DNA of 64,000 nt, taken from an uncultured Anaerolineales bacterium. GTDB lineage: Bacteria; Chloroflexota; Anaerolineae; Anaerolineales; UBA6663. Made by a program: the position numbers and the translations under genes. Location of the stretch: contig CAZSNP010000019.1 in assembly GCA_964608265.1 (NCBI GenBank), positions 120-64,119 on the forward strand. The letters are read 5' to 3'. A model generated the notes under the pieces. It was not told the origin of the DNA. It saw nothing but the letters and a program-made list of their open reading frames with translations, and ran no database searches. Numbering within the stretch: the first letter of the stretch is position 1; every line of letters begins with the position of its first letter. Of the stretch, positions 1 to 7,977 are shown piece after piece.

Positions 1-1
1 G

Positions 2-55
2 CAAGTTCGCTCGGTCATTGTTCAGTACGGATTGGCAGGAGATGACGATGAATGA
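2..55 (+). CDS. possible 3' end of a HicA-like toxin gene, truncated by the window edge
   Basis: Frame 2 is open from the edge to TGA at 53-55 (...QVRSVIVQYGLAGDDDE*) and overlaps the HicB-like start, the usual hicA-hicB layout. Only 17 codons are visible. Confidence 0.3.
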   Translation, partial: QVRSVIVQYGLAGDDDE

Positions 56-266
56 CGATCACAACTACGAGGTTATCCTCTATTGGAGCAAAGATGACGG
101 GGCCTTCATCGCTGAGGCGCCGGAATCGCCAGGCTGTGCGGCGGACGGCAAGACCCGGGCCGAGGCGCTGGCGACCGCGGAAATCATCATTCGAGAATGG
201 ATTGAGACGGCGAGAGAGATCAATCGCCCTATCCCCGTGGCGAAAGGCCGTCTGGTTTTTTCCTGA
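48..266 (+). CDS. HicB-family antitoxin (type II TA)
   Basis: Track ORF 18..266. YEVILYWSKDDGAFIAEAPESPGCAADGKTRAEALATAEIIIREWIE matches the HicB N-terminal domain pattern. AGGAG at 37-41 favours ATG 48; ATG 42 is also possible. Confidence 0.7.
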   Translation: MNDDHNYEVILYWSKDDGAFIAEAPESPGCAADGKTRAEALATAEIIIREWIETAREINRPIPVAKGRLVFS

Positions 267-327
267 GACTGCGCGAACCGGGATTTGGCCGGTCAGTGCA
301 AATTGAAGGCGTCATCCATTTGGAAGG

Positions 328-1851
328 TCAGTCGGTCGCCGTAGAGGTTGCGCTCGAGGCCCGGTGCTCGGCTCGACCGGGATAGCTCCCGGCCCGGCGC
401 AGACCGGAATGCAAAACGGCGGCCGCCACCCGCATCCCGCCCAGCGTCACCCCGGCGGTGGATTGACCGGGGAAGATCGAATCGCCGACAAGCCAGAGGT
501 TGGGCACGCCGGTGGCCGGCCCGCGCACCGCGAACAACGAGGTCTGCGCGAAACCCCCGACCATGCCTTGCGGGCGACGGGTGTAGAACTCGAATGTGGC
601 CGGCGTCCCGGGGAGGCTCAAGCGAACCGCGCTGCGCAATCCGGGCAGCGCCCGCTCGGCGGCGAGCAGCAACCGCTCCGCGTAGTCGGCTTTCCGAGCC
701 TCGTACGCACCCTCGCTCAAGCCTCGCCACGCGGCAATGTTGGTGTGGGTCGAAAGAGTCGCAGCCCGCATCCCCGCCGGCGCGCGGATGGCATCCTTCG
801 CCGCCGACAGTGAGATGAAGACTGAATTGGCCTCGCCCAACGGCCGGGTTGCATCCAACACGATTTGATGATGGTCGGGGATGCCCGCCGGAAGTTGGGC
901 GGCGTCGAGGCCGATGTATAACGTGAACGCGCCCCACGTCGGCGGCCGGCGGCGCACTTCGCGGCGCAGACTCCCCGGGGCCGAGTCGCCCAGGGCCCCG
1001 GCCAGCGCCCACGGCGTGAGGTTGGCGACGAAGGCATCCCCTTCGACGCGCAGGCCTTTGCTCGTCAACGCGGCGACGGCGCGGCCGTTACGGATTTCAA
1101 TCTGCTCCACCGGCTGGCGATACAACACCTCACCGCCGTTGCGCCGGATCCATTCCACTAACGTCCCGGCCAGCGCGCCGATGCCACCGGACACGTGATT
1201 CACCCCGCGCCGAGGCAGGTCGAGCGCAGCGCTGCCGTACAGCGCGTTCGCCGAATCGCTGATCGTCTGCGCGGCGATGAGGAGTTGCGAGTCGAGGAAG
1301 GTTCTGAACAGCGGATCGAGCGCCGACTCGCCCGCGAGTTGGCGCACGCTGCGGAAGAGGTGCGGCGCGGCCCGCAGAGTCGCCGGCCGCAGCGCGCCGG
1401 CCAGCGCCACGAAATCGCGCGCCGACTCGGGCGGCCAGGGGAAATCCCGCGCGGCCAAATCCCAACTCGCGGAGGCGAGCTGCTCCTGGGCACGCCAGAA
1501 TGATTCGGCGTGTGGGAAGGCCGCGCGGCGCTCGTCGCGCCATCGGTCGGCGTTGGCCCATTGAGTGATGGTGCGATCGGGAAGATGCGTGACCCAGGCC
1601 GGGTCAACCGGCTCGACCGGCCAGGTGAGGTCGAGGAGCTCCGCGAGGCGTGCGTGCGGGCCGCCGGCGTTGAACCCACCGGCGAGCGTCGCGCCCGCCT
1701 CGAACCGATAGCCCCGATGATAGAACGTGCCCGCGCAGCCGCCGGGATAGACATGCGCTTCGAGCACCGTCACGCGCTGCCCGGCCTTGAGCAGCAGCGC
1801 GCCGGTCGTCAACCCGCCGATGCCGGCCCCGACGACGATGACGTTCTTCAT
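328..1851 (-). CDS. phytoene desaturase-family FAD oxidoreductase (CrtI/CrtD-like carotenoid desaturase)
   Basis: 507 aa. N-terminal dinucleotide fold MKNVIVVGAGIGGLTTGALL...VLEAH..PGG, with length and pattern of the CrtI family. Last gene of the carH-led minus-strand operon. Confidence 0.85.
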   Translation of the reverse strand: MKNVIVVGAGIGGLTTGALLLKAGQRVTVLEAHVYPGGCAGTFYHRGYRFEAGATLAGGFNAGGPHARLAELLDLTWPVEPVDPAWVTHLPDRTITQWANADRWRDERRAAFPHAESFWRAQEQLASASWDLAARDFPWPPESARDFVALAGALRPATLRAAPHLFRSVRQLAGESALDPLFRTFLDSQLLIAAQTISDSANALYGSAALDLPRRGVNHVSGGIGALAGTLVEWIRRNGGEVLYRQPVEQIEIRNGRAVAALTSKGLRVEGDAFVANLTPWALAGALGDSAPGSLRREVRRRPPTWGAFTLYIGLDAAQLPAGIPDHHQIVLDATRPLGEANSVFISLSAAKDAIRAPAGMRAATLSTHTNIAAWRGLSEGAYEARKADYAERLLLAAERALPGLRSAVRLSLPGTPATFEFYTRRPQGMVGGFAQTSLFAVRGPATGVPNLWLVGDSIFPGQSTAGVTLGGMRVAAAVLHSGLRRAGSYPGRAEHRASSATSTATD

Positions 1852-1860
1852 ACCCGTGGC

Positions 1861-2310
1861 TTACGCCTTCTCCAGCGCCCGCCGCGTGACCCAACTGCGA
1901 TACCAGAACAGGAGCCGCAGCCCCACCGGCGAGAAAAGAAGCCGCGCCAGAAGCCCTGCCAACCCGCGATGATGTTCATACGTGATATGTTCGGTGACGC
2001 GGGTCGTGCCGGCGCTCACGGCCGTGAAACGATGCGTGTGGCGCCAGAAGCGCAGTGGCCCATGCTGCTGCGTATCGGTGAAGCCGCTCGAGGGGTTGAC
2101 GTTCGAGTGCACCGCCACCCACCGAATCGGCAGCGGCCCCATCCACAGGGTGAAGTCGGCCACGGCCCCCTCGCCCATCGGATCCACCCGATGGAGCTGT
2201 ACGATCAACGGCGGCGGCGAGAGCCGTTGCAGGGCGCGCGCGTCACGGTGAAACTCGGCGACGGCGGCCAGCGGCGCGCGCACGGTGAACGAATAGGTGA
2301 ACGTCGTCAC
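1861..2310 (-). CDS. SRPBCC (START/polyketide-cyclase-like) family protein
   Basis: 149-aa ORF with an SRPBCC-like pattern. It is 9 nt from the crtI-like start and 2 nt from the upstream stop. Confidence 0.65.
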   Translation of the reverse strand: MTTFTYSFTVRAPLAAVAEFHRDARALQRLSPPPLIVQLHRVDPMGEGAVADFTLWMGPLPIRWVAVHSNVNPSSGFTDTQQHGPLRFWRHTHRFTAVSAGTTRVTEHITYEHHRGLAGLLARLLFSPVGLRLLFWYRSWVTRRALEKA

Positions 2311-2312
2311 AG

Positions 2313-2867
2313 TTACACCAGGGCAAGTTGCTGGACGGCGGCCAGGATTTCGGCGAAGTCGGGGTGATCGCCCGCGTATTCATCGTAATCGGCGAAGCGC
2401 ACCACGCCCTGCGCATCGATGACGAACACCCCGCCGAGCATGAAGGCGTTACCGGTGTTGCGGCCCTGAGTGACGCCCCGCGCCGCCGTGCGCGCGCTGG
2501 CCAACAGCACCTGCGGCCCCAACAATTGCATGGCATTGCCCGGCTTCAGGCCATACGCTCGATAGGCTTCGAGGGTTTGATTGCACAGGCAAGTGACGCT
2601 CGGCGCGTACTGGCCGCAGTAGCGTTCGGCATGCCTGGGTTCGCCGATGCCGATGGTCGCCAGGCTGAGGCCGGCCGCGCGCAATTCGTCTTTGTGCTGC
2701 TCCAACTGAGCAAGCCAATCGCGACAGTGCATTCAGCCGTAATGCCGCAGAAAACTGAGCAGCACCGGCCCGGAGCGCCACAGGTCGTTGATGGCATAGG
2801 GCTGGCCCTGCCGGTCGAGCACCGTCACCTGCGGCGCCAGATCGCCAACACTCAATCGTTCAGACAT
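2313..2867 (-). CDS. peroxiredoxin-like (AhpC/TSA, PRXL2-type) thioredoxin-fold protein with in-frame UGA at 2733-2735 (candidate selenocysteine, UxxC)
   Basis: Track ORFs 2733..2927 and 2313..2732 share one frame split only by TGA. The junction reads FLRHYG-U-MHCRDW, matching the family motif FLRH(F/Y)G-C-xx-C-R. AAGGAA RBS lies 7 nt before ATG 2867. A SECIS-like stem-loop lies at 2680-2723. Confidence 0.6.
2680..2723 (-). promoter_or_regulatory. SECIS-like two-tier stem-loop downstream of the in-frame UGA
   Basis: mRNA lower stem CGCGAUU/AAUUGCG (one G-U). Upper stem UUGCUC/GAGCAG (one U-G). Apical loop AGUUG. The lower stem begins 9 nt after the UGA and the loop 25 nt after it. Confidence 0.45.
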
Positions 2868-2926
2868 GGTTACATTCCTTTGCACCGCCTCCGCGGCGAG
2901 TTGCCTCGTCGCCCGGCGCGCATACA

Positions 2927-3901
2927 TCAGTTCAGCGCAGCGTGGGTCAAGTCACCCTGCATCATTCGCTCAATGGCGCTGACGATCCCGGTGGGTGGCC
3001 CGTCCAGCGCGAGGTAGCCGTAAGGCTCGAACCAGGCCCGGTTAGCGAAGGCCGGGCCGCCGACCACGACGCGCGGCGGCGGGAACGGAAAACGGGCCAG
3101 GATGGGAGGCAGGGCCGCCAGCGCCTGAGCCGCCTCGGGTCGCGTGGCGGTGAAGAGCAGCACGCGCGGCTGCAGGTGCCCGACGGCCTCATCCAATCGC
3201 TCCAGCTTCAGGTTTGGGCCGAGGTAGACCACCTCCCAGCCCCGCCAGCGCAGCATGACAACCAGCATCAACAATCCAAGCTCGTGATGCTCGCCCGGCG
3301 CGCAGGCGGCGATGATGACGCCCGACCGCGATGGCGCGCCAAATGCCGAGAACATACTCATCAAATGGCGCAAACAGAATTGAGTCGCGAAGTGCTCGGT
3401 GGCCACGGGCACCTCGCCGCGATGCCAACGTTCACCGAGATCAACCAGCGCCGGCCGGATAACGGCCTCAAGGACACGATCAATGGGATAGAGGCTGAAG
3501 GCCAGCCGGAGCGTCTCGGCGGCGGCCGCCTCGTCCAGCGCAAGCCACGCCTCGGCGCACCGCGCGCTCAGGTTTTCGGTGGAGGCCGGTTGCTGCGCGG
3601 CCGCTTCGCGCTTGAGGCTCAGCGCCGGATCGCTGCCACGCTCACGCAGGTTGGCCAGATGCTGAGCGGCCCGGCTGATGCTCATGCCGGCCTCGATCTG
3701 CGACTTCAGCCAGCGCAGGGTGCGAACATCGTATTCCGAGTACAGCCGATAACCCTGCACGCCGCGCTGCGGCGTCGGCAGGCCGTAGCGCCGCTCCCAG
3801 GCTCGCAGCGTCACCGGCAGGATGCCGACCAGATGCGAGACGGCTTTCACGTTGTATTTCGGCGAGAAATCAGGTTGATCGGGCGGTGGCGAAGGTAACA
3901 C
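2927..3901 (-). CDS. MerR-family, cobalamin-binding light-responsive regulator (CarH/LitR type), copy 1
   Basis: MerR HTH YNVKAVSHLVGILPVTLRAWERRYGLP. Wx9EH motif WHRGEVPVATEH. B12-binding ExHxxG EHHELG. GTG start lies 6 nt after a TATACT -10 box. Confidence 0.85.
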   Translation of the reverse strand: MLPSPPPDQPDFSPKYNVKAVSHLVGILPVTLRAWERRYGLPTPQRGVQGYRLYSEYDVRTLRWLKSQIEAGMSISRAAQHLANLRERGSDPALSLKREAAAQQPASTENLSARCAEAWLALDEAAAAETLRLAFSLYPIDRVLEAVIRPALVDLGERWHRGEVPVATEHFATQFCLRHLMSMFSAFGAPSRSGVIIAACAPGEHHELGLLMLVVMLRWRGWEVVYLGPNLKLERLDEAVGHLQPRVLLFTATRPEAAQALAALPPILARFPFPPPRVVVGGPAFANRAWFEPYGYLALDGPPTGIVSAIERMMQGDLTHAALN

Positions 3902-3907
3902 GCCAAC

Positions 3908-3949
3908 AGTATAGCGCCATGTACAAGGATTTGACCACCCGTTGTATAA
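3908..3949 (-). promoter_or_regulatory. carH-1 promoter with operator-like motif
   Basis: On the minus strand: TTATACAAC-GGG-TGGTCA (3932-3949), an 18-nt spacer, then TATACT (3908-3913), then 6 nt to GTG 3901. The TTATACAAC 9-mer recurs at 5003-5011. Confidence 0.4.
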
Positions 3950-3991
3950 GCTTGTTGCCTAAGGAGGATTTGGGGGAACGCGGTCGCGCGG

Positions 3992-4969
3992 CTACGCGCT
4001 CAAAACCTGGCGGACGCGCGCGCACGCTTCGATGAGGTTCTCACCCAGGAAAATTCCGGGCGTGCTTTCGCGCAGGGCCGGCTTGAGGTTGAACACCCGG
4101 CCGCCGTAACCAAACTTAGGTTTGGGCCGCAGGTTGGACAGCCCCTGGTTCACCCGCCGCAGCTCGCGCGCCGCCTGCTCCTGCATGGCGGTGAGGCAAA
4201 TCATGGCCGGGCGCTCCATGCGCGCGTATTCGAGCAGGTCTTCGATGTGCACGTCCTGCCCGAGAAACTCAACCCGGTACCCCTCGCGCCGCAGCAGCAG
4301 GGCCAGCATCAAACTGCTGATGTCGTGCAGTTCAGTCGGCGCGCAACCGATCATGATGCGCGGCGCGTTGCGCAGCATTGGCTGGGCGTGATACAGCGTC
4401 ATCAGCCGCCCGCGCAGATAGTTGCTGGCGAAGTGCTCGGTCGTAATGCGCAACTCGCCGCGCTGCCACGCATCCCCGACCGCCACCAGACAAGGGCCGA
4501 TCACATCGTTGCAGACCGTGCGCAAATCGCAGGTGGCGTAGGCCTCGTTGAGCGCCAGGCCGGCTGCGAGTTCATCGTGTGTGACCAGCGCCCGGTAAAG
4601 CCGCATGGCGTAGGTCGAGGGCGGCGTGGCGCTGGTCGCCGTCAGGGCGACTTTCTGCACTGTCGGGATCGGCGCCGGCCACGAGCCGGTGCGGCGCAGC
4701 TCCGACAGCTCAGTAGCCGCCGTGCTGATCGGCAGGCCGCTATCCACCCGCATCTTCAACCAGCGCAGCACGGCTACATCCCGCTCGGAGTAAAGGCGAT
4801 AGTTGCTCCGCGTGCGATGCGGGGTCAGGAGTTGATAGCGCCGCTCCCAGGCGCGCAGGGTGACGGGGCGGATACCGGTCTCAACGCAGACTGCTTTGAT
4901 GTTGAACCGGGGCGAATCAGACAAGGCTTCAATCGAAGCGGCTGGCGAGTTGGTGGAAAAATCGGCCAT
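3992..4969 (-). CDS. MerR-family, cobalamin-binding light-responsive regulator (CarH/LitR type), copy 2
   Basis: MerR HTH FNIKAVCVETGIRPVTLRAWERRYQLL. Wx9EH WQRGELRITTEH. B12 site ELHDIS (ExHxxS variant). Confidence 0.85.
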   Translation of the reverse strand: MADFSTNSPAASIEALSDSPRFNIKAVCVETGIRPVTLRAWERRYQLLTPHRTRSNYRLYSERDVAVLRWLKMRVDSGLPISTAATELSELRRTGSWPAPIPTVQKVALTATSATPPSTYAMRLYRALVTHDELAAGLALNEAYATCDLRTVCNDVIGPCLVAVGDAWQRGELRITTEHFASNYLRGRLMTLYHAQPMLRNAPRIMIGCAPTELHDISSLMLALLLRREGYRVEFLGQDVHIEDLLEYARMERPAMICLTAMQEQAARELRRVNQGLSNLRPKPKFGYGGRVFNLKPALRESTPGIFLGENLIEACARVRQVLSA

Positions 4970-5001
4970 GCTGGCATCTGCGAGGAGTTTAAGGTGGCGA
5001 G

Positions 5002-5056
5002 ATTATACAACACCTTGACACAATGGTTTTACGGATGTGTGGCAGTCCGCTACAAT
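5002..5056. promoter_or_regulatory. divergent promoter/operator region between carH-2 and the GAF kinase
   Basis: Plus strand: TTATACAAC-ACC-TTGACA (5003-5020), then TTTACG (5028-5033), 17 nt, TACAAT (5051-5056), 10 nt, ATG 5067. The minus strand carries a perfect TATAAT (5002-5007) upstream of carH-2. Confidence 0.4.
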
Positions 5057-5066
5057 CACGTTACCC

Positions 5067-6704
5067 ATGACGCCGCCGACCAGCTTCGAAGCCACCGCCC
5101 TCACCGGCCTGCGCGAAATCGCGCGCGCGCTCTCGGCGGCGTGGGATGTGGACAGCACCCTCGACCTGATCGCCGAGAAGACCGCCCACGTGATGGGGGT
5201 GGACTCGTGCTCGATCTATTTGCTCGACGACGCGCGCGAAAGCCTGTGGCTGCGCGCCTCGACCGGGCTGGCCAAGAAGGCGCTCGGGCGCGGGTCGCTC
5301 AGGATGGGGCAGGGCCTCACCGGCTGGGCCGCGCAACACGGCCAACCGGTCGCCATCCGCGACGCGCAGGCTGATCCGCGTTTTCACTACGTCCCGTGGA
5401 CCGAGGAGCAGATCTTCCGCTCACTGCTGGCCGTGCCGCTCATCAACCGCGAGCGCGTCATCGGCGCGATGAATGTGCAGACCTTCGCGCTCCACGACTT
5501 CACCGGCGACGAAATCGAACTGGTCACCCTCATCAGCGACTTGGCCGCCGGCGCTCTTGATCGGGCCTTGCTGCACGACCGCATGAACCGGCAGATCAGC
5601 GAACTCACCACCGTGGCTCAGGTCAGCCAGACCGTCAACGCGCCGCTGTACCTGGATGAGATGCTGAGCCTGGTGGTGGAGATGGCGGCCAAACAACTGG
5701 GCACAGCGGCCTGCACCCTGCGTCTGCTCGATGAAGGCCAACACGAACTCATCGTGCGGGCGGCGTACAGCACCCTGCCCGGCTTCGCCCGCAAACCCGC
5801 CCTCAAAGCCGACGACGGCATCAGCGGCGCGGTCCTGCATCACCGCAAACCGCTGACAGTCGCCGATGTGCGCGCCGATGAGCGTTACCCCTTCCGCGAG
5901 GCGGCGCGACGCGAGGGACTGGTGTCGCTGGTGAGTGTGCCCCTCATCGTCCGCGACCGGGCCATCGGTGTGCTCAACGCCTACACCACCGAGCCGCGCA
6001 CGTTCAGCGCGGCTGAGATCGCGCTTTTCTCGACCCTGGCCAATCAAACTGCGCTGGCCATCGAGAACGCGCAACTGGCCACCCACGCCGCCGTGGTGCG
6101 CGAGATGCACCATCGGGTGCGGAACAACCTGCAGACCGTGGCGATGCTGCTGCGGATGCAGGCCGGCCAGAGCGCCGCGCTCAGCGCCGCCGAAGTGCTG
6201 CACATCGCCGTCAACCGCATCCAGAGTATCGCCGCCGTGCACGATGTGCTGGCGCACGAAGGCTACCGGCTCGTCAACGTAAAGGATGTCACCGAGCGCA
6301 TCGTGCGGTTGACGTCGCAACACATGATCCAGCCGGGCCTGGCCGTGCGGCTTTCGGTCGAGGGCGAGCCGATGGTGCTGCCGTCGCGCGTGGCCACCTC
6401 GCTGGCGCTCGTCATCAACGAACTGGTGCAGAACGCGCTCGAGCACGCCTTCGTCGGGCGCCAGCGCGGGACGGTCACGATCACGCTCGGCCACAGCCCG
6501 CAGTCGTACGTGATTGAAGTGGCCGACGACGGGGTGGGCCTGCCGGACGAGGCCAGCGCCAGCCTGGGCCTGGAGATCGTGGAGGCCCTGGTCCGCGACG
6601 ACCTGCATGGGCAACTGGAATTCACACGCGGCGAGCCGCAGGGCACCGTCGCCGTCATCCGCCTGCCGCGCAGCGACCTCGCTGCCGGTGAGTACGCCGA
6701 TTGA
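5067..6704 (+). CDS. cytoplasmic GAF-GAF sensor histidine kinase (HisKA_2 type, PdtaS-like)
   Basis: Two GAF-like segments. H-box MHHRVRNNLQTVAMLL. HATPase region LVINELVQNALEH...VADDGVGLP. No TM helix. Start trimmed from track 5037 to ATG 5067. Confidence 0.85.
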   Translation: MTPPTSFEATALTGLREIARALSAAWDVDSTLDLIAEKTAHVMGVDSCSIYLLDDARESLWLRASTGLAKKALGRGSLRMGQGLTGWAAQHGQPVAIRDAQADPRFHYVPWTEEQIFRSLLAVPLINRERVIGAMNVQTFALHDFTGDEIELVTLISDLAAGALDRALLHDRMNRQISELTTVAQVSQTVNAPLYLDEMLSLVVEMAAKQLGTAACTLRLLDEGQHELIVRAAYSTLPGFARKPALKADDGISGAVLHHRKPLTVADVRADERYPFREAARREGLVSLVSVPLIVRDRAIGVLNAYTTEPRTFSAAEIALFSTLANQTALAIENAQLATHAAVVREMHHRVRNNLQTVAMLLRMQAGQSAALSAAEVLHIAVNRIQSIAAVHDVLAHEGYRLVNVKDVTERIVRLTSQHMIQPGLAVRLSVEGEPMVLPSRVATSLALVINELVQNALEHAFVGRQRGTVTITLGHSPQSYVIEVADDGVGLPDEASASLGLEIVEALVRDDLHGQLEFTRGEPQGTVAVIRLPRSDLAAGEYAD

Positions 6705-6709
6705 AGTCA

Positions 6710-7282
6710 ATGATCCGCAAGCTGAGGGTGCTGATCGCCGACGACGAAGCCATCATCCGCCTCGGTCTGAAGACGATGCTGGCCGAGATGGGTCACGAGG
6801 CGCTGCTTGCCGCCAACGGGCGCGAGGCGCTCGACCTGGCCCGCACCGCCAACCCCGACCTCGCCATCCTCGACATCCGCATGCCGCTGACCGATGGCCT
6901 GCAGGCCGCGCGGGCCATCGCCAAGAATCATCCGATGCCGGTGTTGTTGCTCACGGCGTACAGCGAGCAGGATTTGATCGACAAAGCGGCCGGGTTGCCG
7001 ATTCAGGGCTACCTCATCAAGCCGGTGGATGAGGGCGACCTGCGCGCGGCCATCACGCTGGCGGTCGCGCGCCACACCGAGGCGCTGAACGCGGCGCAGA
7101 AGTTGGCCGAGTTGCAGGCGACGCTCGAAACCCGCAAGCTGCTCGACCGGGCCAAGGGCGTGTTGATGGCGCGCGGCCTGACCGAGCCGGAGGCGTACGC
7201 CTGGCTGCAGAAGCAGGCGCGCGACCAGCGGCTGAGCATGAAGGCCGTCGCCGAGGCGGTGCTGGCGGAGGAGAAACGATGA
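6710..7282 (+). CDS. response regulator with ANTAR RNA-binding output domain (PdtaR/AmiR/NasT type)
   Basis: REC domain (RVLIADDE...LAILDIRMP...LLTAY...KP). C-terminal ANTAR (LETRKLLDRAKGVLMARGLTEPEAYAWLQKQARDQRLSMKAVAEAV). TTG 6701, overlapping the kinase stop, is an alternative start. Confidence 0.85.
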   Translation: MIRKLRVLIADDEAIIRLGLKTMLAEMGHEALLAANGREALDLARTANPDLAILDIRMPLTDGLQAARAIAKNHPMPVLLLTAYSEQDLIDKAAGLPIQGYLIKPVDEGDLRAAITLAVARHTEALNAAQKLAELQATLETRKLLDRAKGVLMARGLTEPEAYAWLQKQARDQRLSMKAVAEAVLAEEKR

Positions 7283-7698
7283 TGGACATCGCCTGCGATT
7301 GCCCCGAGTGCCGCGCGATGTGCACGCGCCGCCCGTGCTGGCCGACCCCGGCCGATGCCGAGCGGCTCGTCGCGGCCGGCTTCGGGCGGCGGCTGATGCG
7401 CGAGTGGTGGTTCGATCACTCGCACGAGAAAACTGTCTTCCTCCTCACCCCCGCCCTTGCCGGTCGCGAGGGCGGCGAGTCGCCGGCGCATCCCGCCGGG
7501 CCCTGCACCTTCCTCACCGCCGATGGGTTATGCGAGTTGCACGCCCTCGGCCTCAAGCCGAGCGAGGGCCGGCGGGCGCTGTGCCACAATCGCACACCCG
7601 TTGACCTGCATCAGCGCATCGGGCAGACGTGGAACAACGCCGAGGCATTGGCGCTGGTTCAACGCTGGTTGTCTCAGTCGAAGGCGAGCGCCGCGTGA
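7279..7698 (+). CDS. Cys-cluster protein (YkgJ/UPF0153-like putative Zn/Fe-S protein)
   Basis: 139 aa. CDCPECRAMCTRRPC plus later Cys residues. ATG overlaps the ANTAR regulator stop (ATGA). Confidence 0.55.
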   Translation: MMDIACDCPECRAMCTRRPCWPTPADAERLVAAGFGRRLMREWWFDHSHEKTVFLLTPALAGREGGESPAHPAGPCTFLTADGLCELHALGLKPSEGRRALCHNRTPVDLHQRIGQTWNNAEALALVQRWLSQSKASAA

Positions 7699-7941
7699 AC
7701 GACTCGGCTGCCCGGGCGCTCGCCCGCACAATGGCCGCGTGTTGTTCGGCGGCCAGACCCCGGCCGAGGGTGACGGCGCGCTCCGGCTCAGCGAGCACAT
7801 GCGCGCGATGCTCCCCTGCTTCTCCGAAGCCGATGTGCGCGGCGCGCATCTCAGGTCCGCACCTCCCCACGGCGCGCGGCGAAGTGCGCGGCCTCGAATG
7901 ATCGCCGGCAACTCCGCCAACCAATTCGGGCCATCCCCCCG

Positions 7942-7970
7942 TTGACGCCCCCGCGCCGCGCCGCTATAGT
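7942..7970 (+). promoter_or_regulatory. sigma-70-type promoter of the serB-like/serA unit (leaderless)
   Basis: TTGACG (7942-7947), 17-nt spacer, TATAGT (7965-7970), then 7 nt to ATG 7978. Confidence 0.55.
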
Positions 7971-7977
7971 CGCGCCG

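Noticed and set aside
7699-7941. 240-nt gap after the Cys-cluster gene, with ORFs 7553..7924 (-) and 7629..7901 (+). Considered as a small gene or an ANTAR target leader.
   Set aside because: Third-position G+C of both ORFs is clearly lower than in real genes here, and the peptides are featureless. Only GC-rich near-palindromes are present, with no paired hexaloop hairpins or terminator. The serB-like promoter at 7942-7970 gives a leaderless transcript.
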